The position numbers and the translations under genes were made by a program. DNA of 64,000 nt from Acidobacteriota bacterium. Its GTDB lineage: Bacteria > Acidobacteriota > Vicinamibacteria > Vicinamibacterales > UBA2999. The first letter of the stretch is position 1; every line of letters starts with the position of its first letter. Below the pieces are notes generated by a model. The model did no database searches. It was given only the letters and a program-made list of their open reading frames with translations, and was not told the origin of the DNA. The DNA lies in assembly GCA_031376505.1 (NCBI GenBank), contig JANMDX010000256.1, positions 8,682 to 72,681 on the forward strand, in the 5' to 3' direction. Below are positions 19,974 through 30,267 of the stretch, piece after piece.

Positions 19974-21037
19974 CGGTCGTGAGCGCCATAGAACGAGGCC
20001 GACGTGCCAGCGCGCCACTCACGGTCGTGCCCTGGCAGGACGAGGCGGCGTGGAATGGGTATGTCGACGGACACCCCGACGCCTCCGGCTACCACCTCTG
20101 GCGGTGGCGCGTAATCTTCGACCAGGTCTTCGGGCACCGCACGTCCTACGCGGCAGCGATGCGCGACGGGCGCATTGTGGGCGTGCTTCCACTGGTGCTG
20201 TTCGCCTCGCGCGTGTTCGGACGATTCGTGGTGTCGCTGCCATTTGTGAACTACGGAGGGGTCGTGGCCGATGACGACGAGGCGGCTGCCCGACTGGTCG
20301 AATACGCTGGCGCCTATACCCGCGAGCAGGGCGCCTCGCATCTCGAGCTTCGGCACGACCGTCGCCGGTTCCCGCAGCTGACGCCCAAGGCGCACAAGGT
20401 CGCGATGACCCTGCCGCTGCCCACCGATGCCGACGCGCTGTGGGCGGCGCTCGATCGCAAGGTGCGCAACCAGGTACGAAAGGCCGAGAAGAGCGAGCTC
20501 ACGACCGAGGTGGGAGGCCGCGACCTCGTGGGCGAGTTCTACCACGTGTTCTGCCGAAACATGCGCGATCTGGGCACGCCGGTCTACTCGTCGCGCCTCT
20601 TCGAGGCCGTGCTCGATACGTTCCCGGATCGCACGCGAGTGATCGTGGTACGACACGGTGGCGCCCCCGTGGCTGCCGGCCTTACGTGGCGGTGGCGCAC
20701 TCGGACCGAAGTGCCGTGGGCGTCATCGCTGCGCGAGTTCAACGCGATGTCGGCCAATAACCTGCTGTACTGGACAATCTTGAAGCACGCGATCGCCGAC
20801 GGCAGCACCGTGATGGATCTCGGGCGATCCACGCCGAACGAAGGCACGTTCCATTTCAAGAAGCAGTGGGGCGCGCTGGCTTCGCCGCTCTGTTGGGAGT
20901 ACGACGTGGCGTCGGGCACGCTACCGGATCAGAGCCCGAAGAACCCGAAGTTCCAGCTCGCGATTCGGGCGTGGCAGCGCCTGCCGCTGGCGGTGGCAAA
21001 CGTGGTGGGGCCGCGGATTGTCAGATCGATTCCGTGA
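19970..21037 (+). CDS. FemAB-like / GNAT-fold protein associated with PEP-CTERM EPS loci
   Basis: Size and motifs (HLWRWRVIFDQVFGHR..., NNLLYWTILKHAIADG, FHFKKQWGA) fit the FemAB-related family that follows the deacetylase in such loci. The GTG start overlaps the previous stop (GTGA). Confidence 0.8.
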   Translation: MTVVSAIERGRRASAPLTVVPWQDEAAWNGYVDGHPDASGYHLWRWRVIFDQVFGHRTSYAAAMRDGRIVGVLPLVLFASRVFGRFVVSLPFVNYGGVVADDDEAAARLVEYAGAYTREQGASHLELRHDRRRFPQLTPKAHKVAMTLPLPTDADALWAALDRKVRNQVRKAEKSELTTEVGGRDLVGEFYHVFCRNMRDLGTPVYSSRLFEAVLDTFPDRTRVIVVRHGGAPVAAGLTWRWRTRTEVPWASSLREFNAMSANNLLYWTILKHAIADGSTVMDLGRSTPNEGTFHFKKQWGALASPLCWEYDVASGTLPDQSPKNPKFQLAIRAWQRLPLAVANVVGPRIVRSIP

Positions 21038-21092
21038 GCCGGGCCCAGCTCCGCTTGGCTTCGCGCAGTTGTTGTTGCGTAGTGGGAAACCG

Positions 21093-22163
21093 ATGATGCA
21101 GGCTCGTGACCAGTTGCCTCGCGCTCCAATCCGTTCCCTTGACTTCCTCAGAAGCTGGGCTATTGCTTCTGTGGTGCTGGCGCATGCGTGCCTGGCATAT
21201 GGCGTGGGCCCGGCGCTCGCGCCATTGCAGCTGGGCGGGACCGGAGTCGACTTGTTCTTTCTCCTGAGCGGATGGTTACTGGGCTCGCAACTCTTGCGCG
21301 AGCTCAAGGCGACTGGGTCTATTCGACTGACCCGGTTCTGGTCCCGCCGTTGGATGCGAACGCTGCCCGCATACTATGCGCTGCTGCTCGTGACATTCGC
21401 GGAGCAGATCGTCGTCAAGGGCAACTACGACTTGAACTGGTCGTACCTGTGGTTTGGGCAGAACTATTTCGGTGATCTGACATATCTCTACGTCAGCTGG
21501 TCGCTGTGCGTCGAAGAGCACTTCTACCTGGCGATCGCGCCGTTCCTCGTCTTCGCCTTCTCGCTAGGCGCATGGGGCGCCGTCGTGGGTGCCGCCGCAC
21601 TGTTCACGCCGTTCACGCTTCGCACGCTGGGGCTCTACGGCGATCTCGTGCAGACCCATGTGAGGTTCGACGCGTGTCTGGCTGGCGTCGCGTTGGCGGC
21701 GATCCCGGTCCTTCTTCCGAACGCCTGGCGCAGAATATCGGCGCTGGCAACACCAATCGGCGGGGCCGGGGCGCTGCTCTTTGGGTGGTTCGTCTGGGCG
21801 CGATGGAATCCAGAATATGCAATTCCACTCGATGAGCCGACGCTCTGCATTCTGATGTACGGCAGCGTGCTATTGATGGCGGTGTCAAGCGAGCAGTGGC
21901 AGAAAAGGCTCTACGTCCCTGGCTCCGCGTATCTTGCCAAGCGAGCGTACTCGGTGTATCTGTTACACCCAGAGAGTCTGGCGCTGATGAGGCACCTCAA
22001 CGTGCCTTCGTTTCCGCTGTTCCTGTTGCTGTCGTGGGCGGTGACACTGATCGCAGCAGAGGTTCTGTATCGGGCCGTTGAACTCCCAATCATGAATGCC
22101 CGCGAACGATACCGATTTTCTGCGACACACCATGTCGCAGCAGTCGAACCTGCCAGTCTCTAG
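21093..22163 (+). CDS. Acyltransferase family 3 membrane protein (O-acyltransferase)
   Basis: IRSLDFLRSWAIASVVLAH..., GVDLFFLLSGWLL, SWSLCVEEHFY: Acyl_transf_3 hallmarks with about 10 TM helices. The start is placed at ATG 21093, but the track ORF starts at 21018, so it is uncertain. Confidence 0.8.
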   Translation: MMQARDQLPRAPIRSLDFLRSWAIASVVLAHACLAYGVGPALAPLQLGGTGVDLFFLLSGWLLGSQLLRELKATGSIRLTRFWSRRWMRTLPAYYALLLVTFAEQIVVKGNYDLNWSYLWFGQNYFGDLTYLYVSWSLCVEEHFYLAIAPFLVFAFSLGAWGAVVGAAALFTPFTLRTLGLYGDLVQTHVRFDACLAGVALAAIPVLLPNAWRRISALATPIGGAGALLFGWFVWARWNPEYAIPLDEPTLCILMYGSVLLMAVSSEQWQKRLYVPGSAYLAKRAYSVYLLHPESLALMRHLNVPSFPLFLLLSWAVTLIAAEVLYRAVELPIMNARERYRFSATHHVAAVEPASL

Positions 22164-22178
22164 CCCACCGGCGGCGGG

Positions 22179-24200
22179 CTACGGGACGACTACGTGAATG
22201 TCACTGCTGGGTGCGCTGGATCCCGACGCGTTCGTCGCTCGAACACGGATCCAGTAGCTGCCAGGCGGCACCGCGCCGGCGGCGAAGCTCATCCCCTGCA
22301 CCGTCAGTGTGCCGTAGTCGCTCAGGCCAGACTGCGAGCCCACCTCGAGTCGAAAGCTCGAGGCTTGCGGCCCGTCGTTGCTGGCATGCCATGTCAACGT
22401 CACGCTGCGTGAAGTACCGACCGTGGCCTGAAGATCGGTTGGATAATTCGGCGGGTTCCCGGAACCACCGCCAACGATCACCTGCACCTCGTTCGAGGCC
22501 GGACTCGTTCCCGTGCGGCCCACCGAGCGAAGCCTGAAGTAGTACTGCCCCGCCGGCAGGTTCGAGGCAACGTAGCCGCCGAGTGTGCCGAGCGATGCGC
22601 CCGAGACGTAATCCGACAGGCCCGGCGCACTACCCGCTTCGACCAGAACATCGCTCACGTTCGGATCGGTCGTCGGGTCCCAGTTCAGCGCCACGGTGGT
22701 GCCGCTGGCCGTGACGCGAAAATTCGCTGGCGCGGCCACCGTGCTCCCTGCCCCGAGCGTGACGACCAATTCTCGCGACTCGCCGCTACTGCCATCGGCG
22801 TAGCTGGCCCGCAGGCGCACGTAGAATGTCCCGCTCGCCTGGATCGGCAGTGTAAGGCTCTGTAGGGACGCCGACAGCGACAGGACGCCGACGTTGGACG
22901 ATGCCGGCGACGTGCCCGCCTCGAGCAGGTACCCGACCAGGCCAGCCACAGGCGGAGCGGTCCATGAAAATGACAGTGAGGATGGACCGACCTGCGCCGA
23001 GAAGCCGAGGGGGCCTTGGGGCTGCAGGACGGCGTTGGTAATCTCGTAGACGTGCACGGTGGGCGTCGCGCCCGCCGTGTCGCCGGTGACATAGAGCCGG
23101 CGGGTCGCCGGGTCGTAGGTGGCGCCGCGAATCGTGGCACTGCCCGCGTTGTCCATGTCGGTCAGGGTCCACGTCGCATACGGCCGCACGTCCCACGGCT
23201 GCTTGGCGCCCTGCTTCACCGCCAGCAAGTCATTGGCATCGTAGGCCCACACCTGATGCCGATACGGATACCCGTGTGCGCCCTTGTCGCTGCTGGTCGG
23301 GTCGTAGCACCAGAGGTCGCCGGCCGGATTGGGCGTCATGTGCAACGCTTGATTCGTCGTGCCGGCGCCGTAGCAGAACGCGCCGCCCTGGCGGCCGACG
23401 AACAACACGGACCGCGTACCCGCAGGAAACGCGACGCCGCCCACCTTCGTCGAGCCGTTGTAGAGGGGCCCCGGACCCTCATACGTACCAATCGTCTGAT
23501 GCGCCTGGGGATAACCGACCAGCATCGTGGCCGGCACCGACGGTTGCGTGCCCAACTGGTCGGGATCAAAGACGCTCACCGACGGGCCATAGCTTGACCG
23601 CGAGATGATCGCAATGCAGCACTGCCCCGTCAGCGCCGGCCCGCCGAGCAGCGTGCGCCACTCGGTCGGAACGACGCCCATGTAGCCCGCCACCAGCCCC
23701 GGCTGCTCCGTGCCCACCTTGTAAGGGCCGGACGCCGTGTCAATCGCCGCGCCCACGAAGTGACTGCTCGTGGCCGTGCCGCCGCCGTCGTAATACGCAT
23801 ACCCCGACAGAATCACGCGGCCGTTCCAGGCCAGCACGCCGCCGAGCAGCTTGGCGTTGGGGTCGTTGGGGTTGATGGCATTCAGGTTCGGGACCCCCCG
23901 GCACGGCTCGAGCTGGGTGGCCACCCCGCCGATGGCGGGAATCCGCACCCGCACCACGGCGGCGCCATAGACGCAGCCGTAGTACAGCGACGTGCCGTCG
24001 GCGCCCATGCTGAGGGCCGTCCCGCCGTAGGTCAGCAGCGTGCCGTTACCGTCATCACTCGGCAGCGTGAACTGCCCCTGATAGGCGAAGTTACCGGCCT
24101 GGACGAGGTGCTGTTGTGGCGCGGTCTGCGCAGTTGCCGTCACTGCCGACGCCAGGCACAACACCACGAAGCTGAGAACGATGAGGCGACGCGTCAGCAT
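22179..24200 (-). CDS. Secreted protein: unknown ~370-aa N-domain + three FN3-like modules (paralog 1)
   Basis: Signal peptide MLTRRLIVLSFVVLCLASAVTATAQ. The N-domain is near-identical to that of 24450..26861. Three ~90-aa modules end in Y/F-x-R-[LV]-R-A..N..G.S motifs (FN3-like). No PEP-CTERM tail. Confidence 0.8.
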   Translation of the reverse strand: MLTRRLIVLSFVVLCLASAVTATAQTAPQQHLVQAGNFAYQGQFTLPSDDGNGTLLTYGGTALSMGADGTSLYYGCVYGAAVVRVRIPAIGGVATQLEPCRGVPNLNAINPNDPNAKLLGGVLAWNGRVILSGYAYYDGGGTATSSHFVGAAIDTASGPYKVGTEQPGLVAGYMGVVPTEWRTLLGGPALTGQCCIAIISRSSYGPSVSVFDPDQLGTQPSVPATMLVGYPQAHQTIGTYEGPGPLYNGSTKVGGVAFPAGTRSVLFVGRQGGAFCYGAGTTNQALHMTPNPAGDLWCYDPTSSDKGAHGYPYRHQVWAYDANDLLAVKQGAKQPWDVRPYATWTLTDMDNAGSATIRGATYDPATRRLYVTGDTAGATPTVHVYEITNAVLQPQGPLGFSAQVGPSSLSFSWTAPPVAGLVGYLLEAGTSPASSNVGVLSLSASLQSLTLPIQASGTFYVRLRASYADGSSGESRELVVTLGAGSTVAAPANFRVTASGTTVALNWDPTTDPNVSDVLVEAGSAPGLSDYVSGASLGTLGGYVASNLPAGQYYFRLRSVGRTGTSPASNEVQVIVGGGSGNPPNYPTDLQATVGTSRSVTLTWHASNDGPQASSFRLEVGSQSGLSDYGTLTVQGMSFAAGAVPPGSYWIRVRATNASGSSAPSSDIHVVVP
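23022..24128 (-). repeat. Copy A of a ~1.1-kb near-identical direct duplication (N-domain coding segment)
   Basis: The DNA aligns by eye with 25671..26789 with only scattered substitutions, e.g. ...GTAGACGTGCACGGTGGGCGTCGCGCCCGCCGTGTCGCC... is present in both. Confidence 0.85.
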
Positions 24201-24262
24201 GCAAAGGGCTCCCCGGCTCGTAAAGTATAGGGGCCCTGAGATTCGAGCCTCAATGCTTTACA

Positions 24263-24277
24263 GCATAAACAAGGCCA
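24263..24277 (-). promoter_or_regulatory. Candidate sigma-54 (-24/-12) promoter for 22179..24200
   Basis: The minus strand reads TGGCCTTGTTTATGC, with GG and GC at the canonical 10-nt separation. It lies about 63 nt upstream of ATG 24200. The -12 element is ATGC rather than TTGC. Confidence 0.45.
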
Positions 24278-24449
24278 CACTGGCGCGCCGAAGGAAACCC
24301 GGTCTCTGTATGCGTGTTTTGGTTTAATTTTGGACTGTTTCGTCTATTTTTCGTCAGGCAGCCAGCGAGCCGACCGCTACCGTCCGTTTCAATTCTAGAC
24401 AGCAGCAGTCGGAATTTGCTCGGTTGCGCCTGCTCCAGACACTCCGTGG

Positions 24450-26861
24450 CTACTGGACCTGTACTCTGACTTCGTTCGAGGCACGGCCCACGCCGCAGCC
24501 GTTCATTGGACGGACCCGGACGAAATAGACCCCAGGCGGCACGTCATTCAGGAATGACCCGCTGCGCGCCATTGAGGCCTTCCCGAAGTTGGCCGCACCA
24601 GACGCCGAGCCCGCTTCGATGAGGTAGCTCACCGGAGCCAATTGGTCATCCGCTTTCGCTGTGTCGGGGTCGAGCGGCGTCCATCCCAGGCTCACCCGCC
24701 GTCCAGTCACGACCGACTTGAGCTTGGTGCGGAAGCGAGGCGTGACGCAGGTATCGCCGCCCACGTCGAAGCGAAGGTCGGTGGTCTCGCTCGGACCGAC
24801 ATCCGACAACACCGTCACCCGCGCAAAGTAGCTGCCCTTCGGTAGCCGGCTCGACGACGTCGTCGTGTCCGCGGTCAGCGTCTGCACGTCGCTTGCGCCC
24901 ACCGTCGTACCGACCGCCACCGAGTAGCTCGAGCCGCTGCAGCCATCGGCGTCGGACCAGGTCAGGTTCACGAGTCCGCTCAAGGAGGTCGCAGACAGCC
25001 CCGACACGCGGCGCGGCTTGGTCGAGCAGCCCACCGACACGACCACTTCCTTGGAGGCCGCGCTGGTGCCGTTGGCATTCTTCGCTCTGACCCGCACGTA
25101 GTACTTGCCGATGCCCACGTTCGGCACCGACACCGTCGTAACAAGCCCGACCGGAGTGGAGTACACGGTCTGTCCTGGTGCCACGCCGGCCTCGACCAGG
25201 TAGCTCGTCGCGATCCCGCCGGTCAGCGGCGGCGACCAACGGAGCGACACGGTCGACTGCTTCACCGCCCCGTAGACCCCAACCGGCGCCCCAGGCAACG
25301 CCGCCGGTGTGACGCACCCTTCGTCTACCAGACCGTCGTTGTCGTTGTCGATGTTGTCGCCGCAGATCTCCACCTTGACCTGCACGCAGTTCTCGTCGAT
25401 CAAGCCGTCGCCGTCGTTGTCGATGAGGTCACCGCACACCTCCACGGTCAGCGTGACGCAGTTTTCGTCGATGAGGCCGTCGCCATCGTTGTCGAGACCA
25501 TCGCCGCAGACCTCAACCACAATCGGCGTGCAGCCCTCGTCAACCAGGCCATCCAGATCGTTGTCAATGCCGTCACCACACACCTCGGCGACCGGCGTCG
25601 GCGCGCAGCCCTCGTCAATCAGGCCATCGCCGTCGTTATCAATGCCGTCACCACACACCTCGGTCGGGGCCGTGGGCTGCAGTACGGCGTTGGTGATCTC
25701 GTAGACGTGCACGGTGGGCGTCGCGCCCGCCGTGTCGCCAGTGACGTAGAGCCGTCGCGTCGCCGCGTCGTAGGTGGCGCCGCGAATCGTGGCGCTGCCC
25801 GCATTGTCCATCTCGGTCAGGGTCCACGTCGCATACGGCCGCACGTCCCACGGCTGCTTGAGGCCCTGCTTCACCGCCAGCAGGTCGACGGCGTCATACG
25901 CCCACACCTGATGCCGATACGGGTACCCATGCCCGCCCTTATCGCTGTTGGTCGGGTCGTAGCACCAGAGGTCGCCGGCCGGATTGGGCGTCATGTGCAA
26001 CGCTTGATTCGTCGTACCGGCGCCGTAGCAGAACGCGCCGCCCTGCCGGCCGACGAACAACACGGACCGCGTACCCGCCGGAAACGCCACGCCGCCCATC
26101 TTCGTCGAGCCGTTGTAGCCTCCCGCCCCAGACCCTTCGTACGTGCCAATCGTCTGATGCGCCTGGGGATAGCCGACCAGCATCGTGGCCGGCACCGACG
26201 ACTGCGTGCCCAGGTGGTCGGGGTTGAAGACGCTCACCGAGGGGCCGTAGCTCGACCGCGAGATGATCGCAATGCAGCACTGCCCCGTCAGCGCCGGCCC
26301 GCCGAGCAGCGTGCGCCACTCGGCCGGAATCACGCCCATGTAGCCCGCCACCAGCCCCGGCTGCTCGGTGCCCACCTTGTAGGGACCGGACGCCGTGTCG
26401 ATTGCCGCGCCCACGAAGTGACTGGTCGTCGCCGTGCCGCCGCCGTCGTAATACGCATACCCCGACAGAATCACGCGGCCGTTCCATGCCAGCACGCCGC
26501 CGAGCAGCTTGGCGTTGGGATCGTTGGGGTTGATGGCATTCAGGTTCGGGACGCCCCGGCACGGATCGATCTGGGTGGCCACCCCGCCCATCGTGGGAAT
26601 CCGCACCCGTACCACGGCGGCGCCATAGACGCAGCCGTAGTACAGCGACGTGCCGTCGCCGCCGATCCCTAGTGCGTTAGCACCCCAGGTCGTCTGGACG
26701 CCCGCGGAATCCTTGTCGGGCAGCGTGAACTTGCCCTGATAGGCGAAGTTGCCAGCCTGCACCAACGGCAGTTGTTGCGGAGGCGTCTGCGCGGCCACTG
26801 AAGCTGCCGCGGCGAGACTCAGAAGGGCGACGAGAAGGGCTGTGGCTGACCGTGAATGCAT
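24450..26861 (-). CDS. Secreted protein: same unknown N-domain + five Cys/Asp-rich repeats + three FN3-like modules (paralog 2)
   Basis: Start placed at ATG 26861 (MHSRSATALLVALLSLAAAASVAAQ is a signal peptide). The longer track ORF (to 26969) would run across the promoter motif. No PEP-CTERM tail. Confidence 0.8.
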   Translation of the reverse strand: MHSRSATALLVALLSLAAAASVAAQTPPQQLPLVQAGNFAYQGKFTLPDKDSAGVQTTWGANALGIGGDGTSLYYGCVYGAAVVRVRIPTMGGVATQIDPCRGVPNLNAINPNDPNAKLLGGVLAWNGRVILSGYAYYDGGGTATTSHFVGAAIDTASGPYKVGTEQPGLVAGYMGVIPAEWRTLLGGPALTGQCCIAIISRSSYGPSVSVFNPDHLGTQSSVPATMLVGYPQAHQTIGTYEGSGAGGYNGSTKMGGVAFPAGTRSVLFVGRQGGAFCYGAGTTNQALHMTPNPAGDLWCYDPTNSDKGGHGYPYRHQVWAYDAVDLLAVKQGLKQPWDVRPYATWTLTEMDNAGSATIRGATYDAATRRLYVTGDTAGATPTVHVYEITNAVLQPTAPTEVCGDGIDNDGDGLIDEGCAPTPVAEVCGDGIDNDLDGLVDEGCTPIVVEVCGDGLDNDGDGLIDENCVTLTVEVCGDLIDNDGDGLIDENCVQVKVEICGDNIDNDNDGLVDEGCVTPAALPGAPVGVYGAVKQSTVSLRWSPPLTGGIATSYLVEAGVAPGQTVYSTPVGLVTTVSVPNVGIGKYYVRVRAKNANGTSAASKEVVVSVGCSTKPRRVSGLSATSLSGLVNLTWSDADGCSGSSYSVAVGTTVGASDVQTLTADTTTSSSRLPKGSYFARVTVLSDVGPSETTDLRFDVGGDTCVTPRFRTKLKSVVTGRRVSLGWTPLDPDTAKADDQLAPVSYLIEAGSASGAANFGKASMARSGSFLNDVPPGVYFVRVRPMNGCGVGRASNEVRVQVQ
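25314..25661 (-). repeat. Five in-frame 72-bp (24-aa) tandem coding repeats, E-[VI]-C-G-D-x-[IL]-D-N-D-x-D-G-L-[IV]-D-E-[GN]-C
   Basis: EVCGDGIDNDGDGLIDEGCAPTPVA / EVCGDGIDNDLDGLVDEGCTPIVV / EVCGDGLDNDGDGLIDENCVTLTV / EVCGDLIDNDGDGLIDENCVQVKV / EICGDNIDNDNDGLVDEGCVTPAA. Confidence 0.9.
25671..26789 (-). repeat. Copy B of the ~1.1-kb near-identical direct duplication
   Basis: See 23022..24128. Same orientation, about 2.65 kb apart. Confidence 0.85.
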
Positions 26862-26952
26862 GGTGTCCCCGATGCTGATGATTCGTGTGCGGTGAGCCAC
26901 GTGCAGTCGGGGGAACTGCGTGGGCAATGACTCCTTCACGCCCGCCGTAAGA

Positions 26953-26967
26953 GCAAGTGGTGTGCCC
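26953..26967 (-). promoter_or_regulatory. Candidate sigma-54 (-24/-12) promoter for 24450..26861
   Basis: The minus strand reads GGGCACACCACTTGC (then TC): GGCAC-N5-TTGCT with canonical spacing, about 92 nt upstream of ATG 26861. Confidence 0.6.
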
Positions 26968-27169
26968 ACGTCGGGGGACGGCCGCTAAGTGATTGCGCGC
27001 GCAGGCACTTGCGCCGCTCCCGCGGCACAAGCTCAGCCGGCACGCCACAACCGATCTCGACCCGGGACTGACGAGACTGTCAGTGAGGGTGGCGGGGCGA
27101 ACGCCGTACGCGCCGGCGCAGCGCGCGCGGAATCACGTGAGTACGGCGATCGGATTTGTAATCGGGTGG

Positions 27170-29080
<1,911 letters not shown>

Positions 29081-29121
29081 TGCCGTCTACCCCAGTGCTC
29101 TTGACGACCAGCTCATATCCG

Positions 29122-30267
29122 TCATTGTAGCTGTGCGGGCGGCGCGGCCGCGTCCGCGTCCGGCTCGGACTCGCCGCGGTAAACCGCCGCGTACCGGCGC
29201 ACCATCTCGTCGATCGTGAAGTGGCGCAACAGTCGCTGGCGGCCGGCGCAGCCCCAGGTGCGCGCGCGAGCCGGGTCTCCCGCGACGTCGAGCAGGGCCG
29301 CGGCCAGGCCCTCGGCACTGCGCGCGGGCGTGAGGCGCCCGGTCTCGCCGTCGACGACCACCTCGGGTGTGCCCCCCACCCTGGTCGCCACGACCGGCAG
29401 TGCGGCCGCCATCGCTTCGAGCAGCGTCAGGGAGATGCCTTCGCTCGTGGAGCTGTTGGCAAACACGTCCATGCCGGCGATGATCGCCCGGGCGTCGTCA
29501 CGATGCCCCAGGAACTGCACGCGCCCCGTGGCGCCGTGCGCCTGCACGGCGCGCTCAAGAGCGGAACGCTCCGGTCCGTCGCCCACGACGAACAGCCGCA
29601 CCCGCGGATTCACCTGCCCGGCCTCGGCGACGGCCGCGACGAGCGTGCCGAGGTCCTTGACCAGGTCGAGACGGGCGACAGTGCCAACGACACAGTCCTC
29701 GTCGGCCACTCCCAGGGCGACGCGCGCGGCCGCACGTGCGGCCGCCGTCGGCGGCTGCCCTGGGTCGATCCCGTTCCAGATCACCCGCATCCGGCTCGGC
29801 ACGCCCTCCTTCAGCAGGTGGGCCCGCAAGTCGTGCGACACCGAGAACAGCTGCGGCGCGCCAGCCATCAGCAGTGCGTTGGCAAGCCGGCGCTTGGCAG
29901 ACGGCGGCGCATCAGAGAGCCGGCCATGCTCGGTATAGATCGCGCGGGTGCCCCCGGCAATCAGCGTGGCGAGCCGCCCGTACACAAACGGCGAATAGTG
30001 GTGGCAATGGAGCACGTCGGCACGCATGCTCCGGGCAATGGCAGCGAGCGCGAATGGCAGACGCGCGTCAAAACCTGGCCGCCGCCCGAGCACGTGGACT
30101 GGCACGCCGAGCGCGGTCACGCGGCCAGCCCAGGCGCCCGCTGCGTCAAGGCAGCAGACCGCCATCGACATCTGGGCGTGCAGCCGCCGGACCATCTCGA
30201 TCACAAGGCGTTCAGTGCCGCCAGGATCCAGCTGCAGAACGACCTGCAGCACGCGGAGCGGCCTCAC
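29122..30267 (-). CDS. Glycosyltransferase family 4 (PEP-CTERM/EpsH-associated sugar transferase type)
   Basis: VRPLRVLQVVLQLDPGGTERLV N-terminus and a C-terminal GT1/GT4 E-x7-E region (STSEGISLTLLEAMAAALPVVATRVGGTPEVV). The GTG at 30267 overlaps the upstream stop (GTGA). The track ORF extension to 30453 is rejected. Confidence 0.85.
   Translation of the reverse strand: MRPLRVLQVVLQLDPGGTERLVIEMVRRLHAQMSMAVCCLDAAGAWAGRVTALGVPVHVLGRRPGFDARLPFALAAIARSMRADVLHCHHYSPFVYGRLATLIAGGTRAIYTEHGRLSDAPPSAKRRLANALLMAGAPQLFSVSHDLRAHLLKEGVPSRMRVIWNGIDPGQPPTAAARAAARVALGVADEDCVVGTVARLDLVKDLGTLVAAVAEAGQVNPRVRLFVVGDGPERSALERAVQAHGATGRVQFLGHRDDARAIIAGMDVFANSSTSEGISLTLLEAMAAALPVVATRVGGTPEVVVDGETGRLTPARSAEGLAAALLDVAGDPARARTWGCAGRQRLLRHFTIDEMVRRYAAVYRGESEPDADAAAPPAQLQ

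Noticed and set aside
22162-22180. Imperfect hairpin AGCCC-A-CC-GGC-GG-C-GGGCT between convergent genes
   Set aside because: It has only 5+2 bp with a mismatch and overlaps both stop codons. This is too weak to call a bidirectional terminator.
25314-25661. Periodic 72-bp repeats considered as a possible CRISPR-like or satellite array
   Set aside because: The repeats are in frame within a long ORF, have no unique spacers, and encode a coherent Cys/Asp motif. They are coding repeats.
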